From Haplodiscus bocki (taxonomy: Eukaryota): a DNA stretch of 64,000 nucleotides. Below, piece after piece: positions 1 to 12,790 of this stretch; position 1 is the first letter of the stretch, and each line of letters begins with the position of its first letter. A model generated the notes under the pieces. That model searched no databases. It saw nothing but the letters and a program-made list of their open reading frames with translations, and was not told the DNA's origin. The translations under genes were made by a program, and so were the position numbers. Where the stretch lies: NCBI GenBank assembly GCA_965655095.1, contig OZ296653.1, positions 15,562,001 to 15,626,000 on the forward strand, in the 5' to 3' direction.

Positions 1-1388
1 AATTTCTTTTGTGAAGGAACCAATTCTCTGCGCATCCACAGAACAGACATCGATTGCTTCGAGATCCGCGTACACAACAAACGGAACTTTTTGAGTTTTC
101 TGCCAATTCACAAATTCGATAGTCGGCGAGGAAATGGGCATTCGAATTTCAAGCGGAGCATTTGACTCACAAAATTTTATGTGATTCATGTAGTTTCTCT
201 TTATTATTGACTGGAAACAGTTTGAACAGAATCTCGACTTGGAGCCATTTTTTCGTTTCTTCTCCGATCGAGTCAGCCTCTGAAGCAAATTCGAGAAGTT
301 TTTGATGAGACAGTAATGCGTTTTGGAACCACTGACCAGGCGAAGTAAATTGACACGACGCTCCGAGTTTTTGTTCTTGCTGTAGAACACAGCCACCAAT
401 TTCCCATTCTCCAGTTGATATACATTAATAGAGACATTGTTTCTTTTCTCGAAAGGCTGTATACTGGATAAGGGCATGGGCATTCGACTTGAATTGAATT
501 TCAGCGGCTTCACATTTTCCTTATGAGATTTCGGGGAAAAGGCGCGACCGGTGAAAGCAAATAATGCGGCTGCAACACAATATAAAAAACAGAAGTTGTC
601 GTTCTTGTTTTTAACGTTCAAAAGACTTTTCGAAAGACCCTTCAATATCTTTGGCGTTTCTATGTAAGACGAGCCGTTGAGGGTTTGGCAAGTTGCTCTT
701 TTCACTTCCACAGATTGTAGGCTTTCTATCACCCATCCAGAACCACAAGAAGCAAGGACATTGAGCTTCGACATTAGTTGATCTACGTGGTCAAGGTATT
801 CTTCATCTGTGATGTTGTTGGCAATTCTAGCGAGGAAAGAATTGAAGAATGCCGTAACTTTATCATTGTTAATGGTTTCACGAGGTCGACGGTAATAGTA
901 AGGCCAGTTTTCATATTGGCTACTTTTTGAAGTTCGGCATCGATGAAATCCATTATGCTCTGTTGGTGCATAACTAAATAATTGAACGGATCAATGATAG
1001 AAATCTCTTCTTTTGATAACTTCAAACAATGCGTTTTGAATCTGTCATTCACAGCCACAGTTGTAGCTTCGACTTGAGCGGGACTTCCGGTTCGTTTCCG
1101 AGGGACATTCTCCTCAGACAGTCTATGTTCGGCCACCTTATGGACATAGAGAGACTTTTCCGTTCCAAAGAATTTAGGGCAGAAAAAACACCTGTGAACG
1201 TTCGGCGATTTGTGTTGATTTTTCAAATGTTTGAGAAGATTATAGCTTTTGTTGAATTGGAGAGCGCATTCTCCACACTGGAAGGAGACAGCTGTTTCGA
1301 TTATATTCTGCTTATGTTTGGTTCTGAGATGATTATTCAGGAACCGCTGAGTTTTGAAAATCTTGCCACAAGTCTCACATGATAACAT
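1..1388 (-). pseudogene. polB: Protein-primed DNA polymerase B N-terminus (C2H2 zinc fingers, terminal-protein/OTU-like region, ExoI); one frameshift near 870
   Basis: ORF 783-1388 has three C2H2 fingers. After a frameshift the frame continues ...GSGWVIESL...YIETPKILK...DNFCFLYCVAAAL...HYCLIKNFSNL...PFVVYADLEA to base 1, collinear with element B PolB. Confidence 0.9.
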
Positions 1389-2002
1389 GATAGTCGAACC
1401 AAGCTATTGATAGGAGAGAGGGTTTCCCTGAACATCTAAAACTTTTCGACGCTGTTTTTGATATACGACACAGGAATTCCTAAACCACGTTTCATGATTA
1501 CAAAAAATAAATCAACAAAAATTGAATCAAAAAAAAGGAAAACCATCTGGACATTTTTATTTCGAAAATTTTTTTGAGGTATGTGGCTCCCTTTGGGTAA
1601 CAGTCAATTTTAAGTTTTCGAATAAGATATTCAGCTGAGGTATTTAATATTTGGACATTATAATTGAATTGTTAAAGTTCGAATTTATTTGGTGAAGTTT
1701 TAGTACGAGAATACAGTACGGTCGTTGAATGCATTTTATCTATGGAATTAGGCATATGGTGTCGTTTTTGTTAGTTTTCGTGATGGGTTCAAATAAATTG
1801 TACGTAATTGGTATCATCGTATATTCTCTTGACAGCAAGATGTCAATTCTATTTTGGGTTCGAGTTTGGTGGCTTCATCTATCAGTAAGCTGTCAAACTA
1901 GTTTTCTTGGTCAATATTAGGCAAAACCTTCATAATTGTGCAAAAACTGCAAAGGAATCAAAAATTCACTAAACCCCCCCCCCCCCCCCTTACAATACTA
2001 CT
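1..2002 (-). mobile_element. Polinton/Maverick (adintovirus-like) element A, one terminus; truncated by the window edge
   Basis: Ends in ctaaac-(C)n-ttacaaTACTACT at 2002, nearly the same as the right terminus of element B (ctaaaccacccctccttcctaTACTACT). Shares the TIR motif taagctgtcaaa (~1885). PolB starts ~610 bp inside the terminus. Confidence 0.8.
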
Positions 2003-2530
2003 AACAATTGAACCTATTTCGCACTTTGCCGCACGTTGTTTTTGATGCAATAATCAGTTTCTCCGTTTGCCTGTCTATCATAAAATCGAACAGTTCTGCT
2101 TCGTTTGATCCATGAAATTGTACATTTTCGATGCACCGCCGAAAGATGTGGCACTTGAACGGTTGGGTTTCGATGGAAACAGGTGCCAGTGTATTGGAAG
2201 TTTTCGGATGTCTTCTCAATGATGGTAGAAACAGACTTGATCAAACCACCACCACTACAGAAGACTCAAAACATCTGCAAGCTAGCTTGAAGAATGTCCT
2301 GTCAAAGGTTACACATCTGCTTCACGGAGTGGAAGCGCACTGAAAGCAACGCATGAATGAAGAAGCAGTTTTGTATCTGTGAAAAAGGCCTCCGATGCCT
2401 ATACAATCCTGGTCGGTTTTGGAACTTTTCAGCAACGTTCAGATTTGATTCTGAGCAGTTCTTACTTCGTGGATTTATTTTAGGTGAAAGCGCACGCAGA
2501 CTGAAGTCGAATTCACTCTTTCGTTAATGG
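2003..2530 (-). pseudogene. Heavily decayed relic of another Polinton PolB N-terminus
   Basis: Broken minus-strand frames give RFHSVK...F*VFCSGG...GTCF/IETQP...RRCIENVQ...TDYCIKN. These resemble YFHSP...NVYCSGGSGW...SSFIETP...RSLLNIK...HYCLMKN of elements A and B. Confidence 0.45.
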
Positions 2531-3771
2531 TTAAAAAATTGATTGGCTCGAATATTTTACCAGTATACTTCAAAATTTCATAGTCCAAAAATTTTCAAAA
2601 TTCATTCCATCTGCTCAAGTTTTTTTTTAAATTAGAATTTCGCGCCTTTCTTGTCGAAGGAAAAATTACCTGTTCTGTTGATTTTTCGCGACCACACAGC
2701 AATGGGTTCTCTAGCAATTTCAGTAGAAGCATTTTGTCGGCCTCAGTCTGTCAACTTTCAACGCCCAAACTAGTTTATCGTTGTACGCTTTCAATCTGCA
2801 CTAAGAGTTAAACTCTGAAAATTTTACTTAAATGTTGAATTCATCTTTTGCTGGATTCCGAAAAATATTTCACCAGTAAATGTCATCAGTAGGTGAAACA
2901 ACTTTGAAGGACAGAAATGCTCCGGTACCTGTGTTGGAAAAAGCTAGAACCCCCAACATACTTATCTCTGAAAGCGGGTTTTCTTCCCAACCCGAGCAGC
3001 CTAGGATTAAAAGGTAAAAAGTTGAATTACGGATACTCGATTTGATGTCGAAAATGTGTTCGAAATTGGAGCCTCCAAACGACACTTCGATGCAGATGCG
3101 GATCTTTGTTGTCATTTACCACAGTCATGGATTTGCTTAACTTCGTGCTTTTTCTATTTTAACTTTGATGCTCGAGATTCTGTAAAAGATGAAAAAATGC
3201 CTTAAAAGTTCAATCCAGTTGTTGATTCAGGAACTACAGAACAAATTAGAAATTTGCATCAAAAGTTCAAGTTTTGTCACTTGCACAGCAAAAACCACGG
3301 ATTTCCTGGTTGACTTGCTTCGTTTCAATTGTCAAAGGTTTTGGTAACAGGAGCCAGCGCTAAAGGAAATCAGTTTGCACTACAATCTCCAAAAAACTGT
3401 ACTTCTAGCATTTATACTCTGTTTTGATTGACTATCAACGGAGATTACCTTTTTTCGGGTAACAACTTTTGTATTGAGAAAGATAGTTTTTGGAAATTAT
3501 TCGAGCAGAATCAATGTAAATTGCTAAAAGTTTTCCATCCAGTAGAAAACAACTTTTTTTTGCCAGCGCTGTAGAAGAAGGTAGACTGTTGGAACTGGTA
3601 GCGTTCCTGAAAGGGGACGTGTGAAGTCACCTGATGCAAGTATCGTGTTACACATAACGCTTGAACGTTAAAATTAAAGTTTATTAATTAAAGCTAACCT
3701 TTTGCGATATTGCCGGTGGCGGTAAGAACTGAATTAAAGAAGAGTAAAAAAAGCTGATGAAATAAATAAAC

Positions 3772-4278
3772 TGTTGGAGTTGCACAAATCATTTTTACAA
3801 AAAATTCTAACAAAAGCTATTTTCCTATTGGCTCCTACAGCCAACAAGCCTGGTGCCAGCCAACTTTTTATTGGCTGCATGAAATGGAAGCATGCTGTTA
3901 TTTTGGAGCCAACCTGGGAACGGACTCGATCATGCTTTTCTTCCCGCTCAGCGGACGGGACTCCTCACTCCTCTTCTGACTTGCTTTACTTTACTCTTCT
4001 TGTCCCCTTTACTTGGTCAAAATATTCGAGGTCCAATAACCTTTCTCCCTCTTCTCTCTTGGACAAAATTATTCTACGTCCAAATCCTCTTCCCTGTTCT
4101 CTACGGACAAAATAATTCTCAGTCAAAATTCCCTCTCCTCTTTGCTCTTCCTGGACAAAAAATTCTAAGTCTAACTCTAAATCTACAAAAATAATCTAAG
4201 TCCCATTTTCCTTCTGACTCTTTCTTGCCTACCTAATCTATAATCTTGCCGCCGAAGTCTAAACAACGTCCACCAACA
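3772..4278 (+). mobile_element. LTR-like segment (TGTTGG...CCAACA) with internal ~45-bp degenerate tandem repeat
   Basis: 6-bp inverted termini with TG...CA, CCAAT-like boxes, and four ggacaaaa..attct units at 4015, 4061, 4105, 4153. No TSD and no canonical PBS found. Confidence 0.35.
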
Positions 4279-7200
4279 ACAACTTCGGTATTAGCGTGTG
4301 CGGAGTCCACTGACGAGCTCCAGTTCTAAAGCATGAGCGAAACTTAAACTACATAAAACCCACGATGTTCCTCGAAACGAATTGACGTTACAGAGATCAA
4401 ATCTCACCTCGTCTACTACAGTGGTAATTCAGAATTCATTCTCTACTCCTAAATACGGATTGAATATGCACAAATCGTCCCTTTCACGAACATTCTAAAA
4501 CAATTCTTGTTCTCAAAATTCCCATTCAGTCCTTTGCAAGTCAGATTTATAAGAGGAGCGTCCAAAAGCGACACGCAGATCATACGACTACATCAACAGT
4601 ATCCGTTAGAGTTTTTCAAGTTCAGAATGAGTTTACCTTTCCGGTCAATCCTAATAATTTTCATAAGAATCCTTTCCATAGAGTCGGCAAGACAAAATTC
4701 TCGGTGGGAGGAAAAGGGACTAAGAGAAACTCACCAGGTTGCCGCAAGAGGCGAGCCTTTACCTGAGTCTTAGATAAAACTTAAATTAAATCAAACCCCA
4801 CCAGTAAATCCCGAGATTTATTCACGGTTTGGAAATCTGGAAAAAACTAAGAAACTCTAACCCGTTGACGGCGAAATGCCAAGTACGGCGTGTAGACAAA
4901 AGAATGGACAATACATATTACATATTTAAATAAAAGTAAAAGACAAAACTTAACCAGAAACTAAACAAAACAAAACCAACAGTGCTAAACAAGGCGAATA
5001 ACAAAAAACTCGCTTTCGACTAAAGAAACCAAACGGAGCAATCTAGAGTAAAACTCGTTTTTTGAATTTTAAACCATCTGAAAATTTCCCTGAGAGTTTT
5101 GGACGTTTCATTTTATATGATTTTGGATGTGGATTGATAAAATGATTCTCAACATTTTTTATGCCTTTGTTCCATTCACATTTTGGATAGATCTTGAAAT
5201 TTTATAATATATTAAAACCCATAAATTCTGATGACGTATAGATTTTATAACGATTTTCATTTCAAAAACTAAGTCAGCGCTCGACGTCTAATAAATTGTC
5301 CCAATTTCTGAAGACATAACTCTTCTTTCCTTCGATTAGATCTTTGTAGAATTGCCGAAGATTATACTGGGGATATATTTATATACAAGGGGACGGATAA
5401 ATTTGTAGGGAAATATATAATATTTTTTAGTTTCTAATGTCACTACTGGGTTTGGAAAATGTAAGGCTCGACTGCAGTAATTTTATAACTTTCCCCCTAG
5501 CCTATCAATACCATGATTCATCTCCCACATTTGCGCAGTTCCATTCTTTTACTCACTTGAGCGCATTCCGTTTCCCTCACATATTGAATAATTGATTATT
5601 TAGCTTTTCTAATTTACTTTCATCGCTCATAAATGCCCTTGCCGTTGAATTCACGCATCTTTGTTCGCAGAACCGGCAAGGCAATGAAAACAGAGAGATA
5701 AAAGCTCTAGAGACTCATTCTGTTGATTAACAAAACAGCTGACGCGCCTCGCGCTGCTCTAATGGAGTGTTGGTCACGCGCTTTATAAGCTAGCTGAAAA
5801 TTAGAACCAAATAATATTTGCAATTCCAACCTCTATCTCCTTCTACTCTACTACATGCTCCTGCGACACAAGGTGGGTAATGTTGAGACTCCAAGCAATC
5901 TTCGGTATTTTAAACAAGGTAACAACCAGCGTCAGGTATGATTTCAATCGTCGAAAATGGTATGCTGTCAAAATTGCTCGGATGCCAGATCGTCAAAGGA
6001 ATTTAGATGTTTTTGTCTGTACCCATTATCAATGGTGTTCTAGAAATGGGATATTCATGTAGTTCAGGCCATATTGATGGAGCTAAAGATTTGGCATTGT
6101 AATGGGTTTGTCGGTTTACCACCCACGCAGCCAGCACCAGTTGTCATGGTCACAGAAATTTTTCGCATAGGCTTTCCCTTGAAAACATCGTTATGGTCAA
6201 AACTTTGATATTTGGCAGCGAAAAGGAAAAATTGTGGTATTAACTCGCTAAACGGCTTTAATGCCAGCATCATGGTATGTGTAGTCTCAGTACCAGTTTG
6301 ATCATCGTCTCCAACAGTCAAGTGTTAGAACGTCTGAGTTAGGGTTTTCCCAATTTTAAATTCGTTTGCTTCATCATCACAAATTATTGCAACTTTTGAT
6401 CTTGTTGTCAAAAAAGAAACACGAAGTGCCTTCAACCGAAAGATAAGCGTCATATGAGAAAATATTGTACTGGAAACGGCATTTTCGGTCACTACTGGGG
6501 AGGGAGATAAACAAAACGTGGTATTTATCTAATTCTTTTTCAAAACATGTTTATGAATTTCCTGAAATTTTCAAAACTTATCGCTAACTACGCTGACCTG
6601 TCAGATGAACAGTTTTGATGCTTCGAACCAGTTTAAGATCTCCTGACGTTACTTTGTGACACTAATGATCCTTAATGGCTCCCGAAGAATTATTTTTCGG
6701 GGCTACTTCAAGCAATCATTCCAAATATTCATCAGAAACAAAAATCAATGAATGAAACCGTTTTCCCACAGCCAGTAAACAGGACTCGGACGAACAATTT
6801 GGGCGAAGGCCGTCCAGTGCTTGGCCAGGAACAAATTTTTGCGCACACACTGACATTGGTAGGGTGCCGTTAGGAGCATCTTTTTTTATCAGATCACAAA
6901 ATCTCTTCACCCAATTGATTTATTTTCTGATTGTACCGAAACGTTACAATATTCTAAGTTAGTTATCACATTCTGAAGTTTCGATTCAGTTCGACAATTT
7001 TGATTAGAAACTTGCAATAAAAATTGAGCAAATTTTAGATGATTTTCCTGCGAAAAAAAAACTGAGCTGTTTAGATCAAATTTTGTCCACTTCAAAAAAA
7101 TATTCTGAAACGTAGGTATGGAAATTTCCAATACTATGCGTAGGTATAATAAGGAGTCTAAAAAACGTCCTTTAGTAGTTAGCCGTGGAGGTCAAAATGC

Positions 7201-7714
7201 TTTTTCATTGGTCTTTCGGCTAGCAAATTTGAAAAGTGGACTAACTTTGGCTAGTTTGAAGATAATTATGGCAGATTAAAGCCATTCCCAAAATCGATCA
7301 ATAAAATCCACAGGCATAACAACGCGATTTAAGCTTCTCACATAATACCAGTCGGTTGCGGTAAGAAAAATTGGAGAATATTTGAGCTGTTTGAAGATAT
7401 TTCGTCAAATGATCGTGCTAGACCCTGGAACAGAGTCTGGAAGCTACCACTAATTTGCAGCGGCAAAACCAATAGCCTACAAAGTTGCAATTACTGCTAG
7501 CTCGTGCCCGTCAGAAAAAACATTGATAGCATTTTGCAGAACAAAAGGTGACACAAAGACAGAGCTGCGCTTAAAACACACTCCTCCCGAAACCAATTTT
7601 TACAGCAGAAATTTCAGAAATACTGCGAAAGAACTCGATTGTCAACTCAATCTCTGCCGCATTTGCCCACCATTTGACGCCATTCCTCCGAAAAACCGGA
7701 CGAGAAACATAGAC

Positions 7715-8110
7715 ATTCAAGTGATTGAATCAGCGCTGGATGGAGCCAGCGTGACGAACATCCAATGAGAAAAACATTTGTGATAAACAAGGAAAGTTGA
7801 AATTTGTCATACTTTTCAATTTTACTTGAAAATTATTCACTATAGACTGAGAGAGAGAATTTTCAAGCTACTCCGTATACTTTCCAGGCCGCGAATGATT
7901 GAATCAGTGCCCAATTGAGACAGTTTGACCAGCATTAACTGAGAAAAACATGTTTTAAAGCACATGGAGTCAAAACCTCGCCGAATTTTCTACTGCAAGA
8001 ATAGTTTTTTTTTCGCAAACAGAATCAAAAACAGGCCTTCCCAGCTACTCTGCCGACACTGTAGGCTGCCTGAAGTTGAATCAGCACTTGAATCAACTAG
8101 ACTGGCCTTT
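7715..8110. repeat. Degenerate ~175-bp tandem repeat (3 copies)
   Basis: Motif (g)attgaatcag(c/t)gc recurs at ~7722, 7897 and 8075. The first two copies are also followed by tgagaaaaacat. Confidence 0.5.
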
Positions 8111-11100
8111 AATTGTTCAGAAATGCGATTTCTTTTATCAAGGAAATAAATTTTCAATTTCATCAAAATTCAGGTCAACGTTTTCCTCGAGAAAAACAGT
8201 GTCCCTCAATTGAACACTGGAGCGAATGTTCCACTGAATTTTGAAACTGTTTTGAAGTAAAATGGGAGAGGATATCCTAATTACAAGTTAGGTTTTTCCG
8301 CAATAATATGCAAAAGGCCGATCACAAACAGTTCGGTGTCTTGGATGAAAAAAGATGAGTAAAATCGAAGGCTTCCCGCAGCACCAGCAATATCAAACGA
8401 AAGCGCAGCATGAAGAAACTTTGCTCTGTAGCAACAGTGTCAGAATAGCGCAGAAATTTTCAGTGTGTCGGAAAAGTGACGGGTCATCCTGATTCAAAGC
8501 CAGCTGTTATTCGTAAGTCAAACACAAGGGCGAAACTGTATTTCAGAACAACTCGCGAAACAAAACTGACTTTCTGTAACAGCTGTTCAATCGCTTTCAA
8601 CTTGAAGGTTACACCAGACAACAAAGTCCAGCAAAAGAAAAATGTAGATTGAAATCCTATAATTGACAACGAACAGAAGGTTCTCTGTTGTCGATAAACA
8701 CTCTCAAGTTTTAGTTGATGAACGCACAAAACCAAGCATTTTGTTTCCCAGAACCCTTTCAACGAATGTTTCGTTATTAGAAACGATAAAATTTGGACCA
8801 ATTGGACAAAGTCAGACAACTATTCTTGCAAAAGTGCACATTTGACAAGCTGAACCAAAAACATCTTCAATTCTGTCGAACGCTAGTGAAAAAATTCCCG
8901 AAGAAAAATGAGAAAACGTCAACCCCGCTGCCTGTCTGAAAGCCCGGCAGTTAGTTGTGCAATCAGTACTGGATGGAAGTGATTCGATGGTGAGTCATAC
9001 AGGAATTCCTAACGAGCGACGCGACTAAAAAAATCGTGGATTTTTCAATTTGAAATCTAAGACTATTGCTAGAAAATTATGAAAGTCACTCCCTACCTGT
9101 CCAGTTTTAGGTAAAGAACAATCACAATTCCGCGAATTGCACGCAATCGGCTCAGTTGTCATTACGAAAACTACTTCTAACGAACGACGCAACTGAAGAC
9201 ACCGTTGATTTTTTTGATTAAAAATTAATTTTTCTCGGCCTAAAACAAGAACAATTAGTTCTAACGGTAGAACAGTTAGACGCTACCACTCCAAAAAACC
9301 CCAGATAGCATGAAAATGAACCAGCATTGAGTGGACCCAATATTAACCCTGATTATTCGAAAAAAAAACACCAAACCAACGATGCGAATGAAAAGATCGT
9401 CAAGTTTGCACTTACAAGTTCAATGTTTTCGACAAGAATCAAGAAAATTTAATCCCTGCCACTCCACAGGACCTCTAGGCAAGGAAAAATCAAATTCCTG
9501 CTGTATGGAAGCATAGCAACCTCTACCCTTAGTCAAGAAGATACTTTGAAGAAAACTGGAAAAAATCGTCTCTCGAACTTTCAAATCATGTCCAGAATGG
9601 GTTTCAAATGTGCCACTGTTGTTTAATTCAGTCAAAAGAATTCCCTATTACGGTAAGTAAAACTTTTTTTGAGAGGCTGGCGCGGCATGAACACATTTCA
9701 ACATTAGAGAACGCATATTTTACCAGTGAACGAATATTTTGCGAGTTGCGGACGAACGAAAAATGAAAGCTGTACACAATACATTTCCCTCGTGTAAAAA
9801 TGTGTGTACTTCAGGACTATTTGAGAAAGTGTTGAGAAAACATTTAGCCAGAAGTTACTTCTTAAAACAGGGCAGAACTAAATAGCATTTGCCTTTGGGG
9901 CAGACGGGTTTAGAAATAAGTAGTGAATGAAATTGACATCTGTGAATACCCAAAGTGTAAGCAGATAGACTACGTTACTTCCGTCGTTCTACCCGTTATT
10001 CACTGCTGCGGCGCGGCCGGCGTTTCAGATTGCAGAGTTTGAAGAGAAGAGAAAAAGAAGGAAGTAACAAGCCGAGCACAGCTCAAAGTGGACGCGGCGC
10101 ATCGTATACGAATAAACCATAGAGTCATAGAGTGGTGTCACAATTTTTGCCTGTGCCGATAAGTGTCGTAGGGGTACCCCTTAAAGTTTCGCAAAAACTG
10201 GCACCCCACAGCAAAACATTGTACGAAAAAAGTTATACTGAAGACTGGGAGACCACAAAAAGAAGAGATCGATTCGAAACTAGAAAAAGCATCTTACCAG
10301 AAGAACAAGCCAAGAATTTTACGCGGGAGTATCACGAACTTTTTTTCATTAGAATAGTTTTTGAAAGATATGGTACAATTCATAGCACCAAAAACAATAA
10401 TTTGCCAGAAAAATGCAACTCTACAAAAATTGGATCCATTCGAAGAGCGCCTGTTCTGTTCTTTCTTCGTAACTCTAATAATCGGCACTTTTTTCTGCAC
10501 CAACCAAAAAGAGTAACTATAACAATCGAGCATTTTTTCTTCTAAAAAACACTAACTTGAAACATCAGATCTAAAGCTATACTCTATTTATACTACGAAT
10601 AGTACTGATAACAAAGGTGCAGAAACTCAGTTAATTTTTTTTACATTTATATACAAGTAAGAAACGCTAGAATATTTCTATCGCTTCACGTATTAAATGA
10701 AAATACTACATCTCAAGCGCCAATGGAACAGTCAGTAGAGAATTCGACGGCGGATCCAAAGGTCCCAGGTTCGCATTGAGGATACTCCCTCCTCCCTTTG
10801 CTCCTGAGTAGGAACTTGAGACAAATGTGAACGGATCGGAACAATTCGAAGACTGTGATATAACATTGACTTGCGCAGTTGTAGAAATACTGTTCATGAT
10901 TCTTTCAATGGGAAACGCAAGTCTGTATCAAAAATTTTCATTTGAAGTTCTGCTTCATTTATAACACTGACTTCAATATCTAAATTTCCTGTTGTACTAG
11001 AAAGACTTGTAAATACGGCTTAGATACTAAAAAATTGAAAGCCAAAAAGTTTGAATTTCACGTTCAACATGCAATCAACTAAAATGCAGTTAGATTCTCC

Positions 11101-11217
11101 GCAAAATTTCAATATTACATCCATAAGTGTCGCAATAACTTGAGATTTAATGATGCCCCATCAAGAAACATTATACAAAATGATGTAAATCATTCATGTT
11201 ATGATTCATATTATTTT

Positions 11218-11922
11218 TCACTCGCTTTTGGTTCTCTGTCCGCTTCCGTAGTATAAAATTTGCAACACAATCACGCCATTGAGGAACCCACCGGTTGCAA
11301 ATGACGTCACGAGTTGCATATCATTTGTTTCTTGTATGGACGTGAAAACTCTTGCGATGCACCCAATGAATAAGAGTGCCATTGTGACTAGAGATAACTG
11401 TCCAGTGCTCCCGTTTTTGAAATTGGTCCAGATTTGTGTACCCCTGGCTCCACTGGCAATCAACAGATTGCAACTATTGAACCATCGAAGCTGTTCCAGT
11501 GTTGCAGCTCCGGAACAGAGAAACCCAGCCGCTGTCAAACATGATAATGTGAACAAGAAAGCTTCGATAGACTTTCCACTAAAGTGTAGGCAAAGATGTG
11601 CGATGCAAAGAGTTTGTAGGAAGTTGAAAACCGCGTCGCCGTAGGCACTGAAAGGATATGTAGCGATGAAACAGTAGGTGAAGTTAGATGTGCAGGCCAC
11701 TGCGTCTAGAAGCTGGGCAAAAAAGCTGACACCCTGTCCACTTTTGGCAGAGAGGATTTTGAGAATTTGAGGAACTTTCACGAACATTGATGCTGCGATG
11801 ATGGAGTATCCCAAGCATTTGCTGATCAACTCTTTGCCACATTGGATGTCGAGGAGATCGTGGTCTGAGAAGTATTTGTCAAAGCATTTCGGGGATACAA
11901 AGTACAAGGCGAATTTTTCCAT
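11218..11922 (-). CDS. MPDU1: Mannose-P-dolichol utilization defect 1 protein homolog (PQ-loop membrane protein), intronless
   Basis: 234-aa ORF with C..K..ISKCLGY.II..S..VKVPQILKI..AKSG.G, YPFSAYGD, and a second repeat QIWTNFKNGSTGQLS...ARVFTSIQET.D, all hallmark MPDU1/Lec35 motifs. Confidence 0.93.
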   Translation of the reverse strand: MEKFALYFVSPKCFDKYFSDHDLLDIQCGKELISKCLGYSIIAASMFVKVPQILKILSAKSGQGVSFFAQLLDAVACTSNFTYCFIATYPFSAYGDAVFNFLQTLCIAHLCLHFSGKSIEAFLFTLSCLTAAGFLCSGAATLEQLRWFNSCNLLIASGARGTQIWTNFKNGSTGQLSLVTMALLFIGCIARVFTSIQETNDMQLVTSFATGGFLNGVIVLQILYYGSGQRTKSE

Positions 11923-12269
11923 TGTAAAAACTAAAAAGTTTCCACAGATAAATTGAATCTCGACATCAGTCAGTGATGTTCATTTCTATTTAAATATAAA
12001 TTTAACTCACTAAATTGTTGATAAAAGAAATTAGTTGAATTGAAAATTTTGAATGGCATTTTCTACCGAATCATGATATGAAGACTTGCTTCAGAAACAG
12101 TCAACCTTGTGATCAAATTATTTCCCGGGCCGGAAAGGCTTCAAACATTCTCAAGTTAAGTTAACTTACTTTCACTATTTGATAACACAGAGGTGAAGCC
12201 GAACTTCGCTACACATTTTGATTTCCCGGTTGAGATCAAAGATAAAGTTTACAACCCAAGGTCCCGAGA

Positions 12270-12790
12270 GAAATTTGAACCTTGATCGGATACATGATTG
12301 ACACTTCCTGTAATACTGCACCAGATGTCAATCAAAGGTTGTTCGAAAAAGTTCCAATAAGGCAAAAGCCTGTCACAGTGTCTGATACTCGAAAAATTGA
12401 TCTCTCAATCATGTTTCTTTAGGTACGCCATTTTGCCGCCCAATCTCCGATCTCTTGTTCACTAATATTAACCACTGTGTGAACTCGAAATTTATACATT
12501 AATGTTTTTTGGGGACACCTGTCTCATATTCAAAACATTGCTAAGTGGAACATTACTTTTAAGAAAGCGGTTATTCATTTTTCAGACCAATGTTCAAACA
12601 TTTTGCACTTTTCAGAACGCGAAAATAAACAAGTACCTGCCAAAAAAAGGTCGTTTTTGACCCCGTTTACAGATGATAAGAAAATTGATGACGTCAGAAA
12701 ATTAAGTTTTGGACAGGATAAAAAAACTACGCATAAACCTGTTTCCAATAGACATTCTTCCTTCAAGTCAGAAAGTCTAAAAAGTCGCAA
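12270..12790 (+). repeat. Dispersed repeat copy; uninterrupted paralog of the element B insertion site
   Basis: accagatgtcaatcaaagg...cctgtcacagtgtctgatactcgaaaaattgatctctcaatcatgttt...ccattttgccgccca...gcataaacctgtttccaatagacattcttcc matches 23800-23887 joined to 38749-38940. Confidence 0.8.

Noticed and set aside
2870-3180. Possible host exons on the minus strand with AG/GT boundaries
   Set aside because: Short, with no recognisable protein. Cannot be supported without transcripts.
5441-6520. CACTACTGGG at 5441 and 6490 as transposon TIRs or an RSS-like signal
   Set aside because: Both are in the same orientation, so they are not a TIR pair, and the heptamer/nonamer match is poor.
11279-11644. 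121-aa plus-strand ORF
   Set aside because: Antisense shadow of MPDU1.
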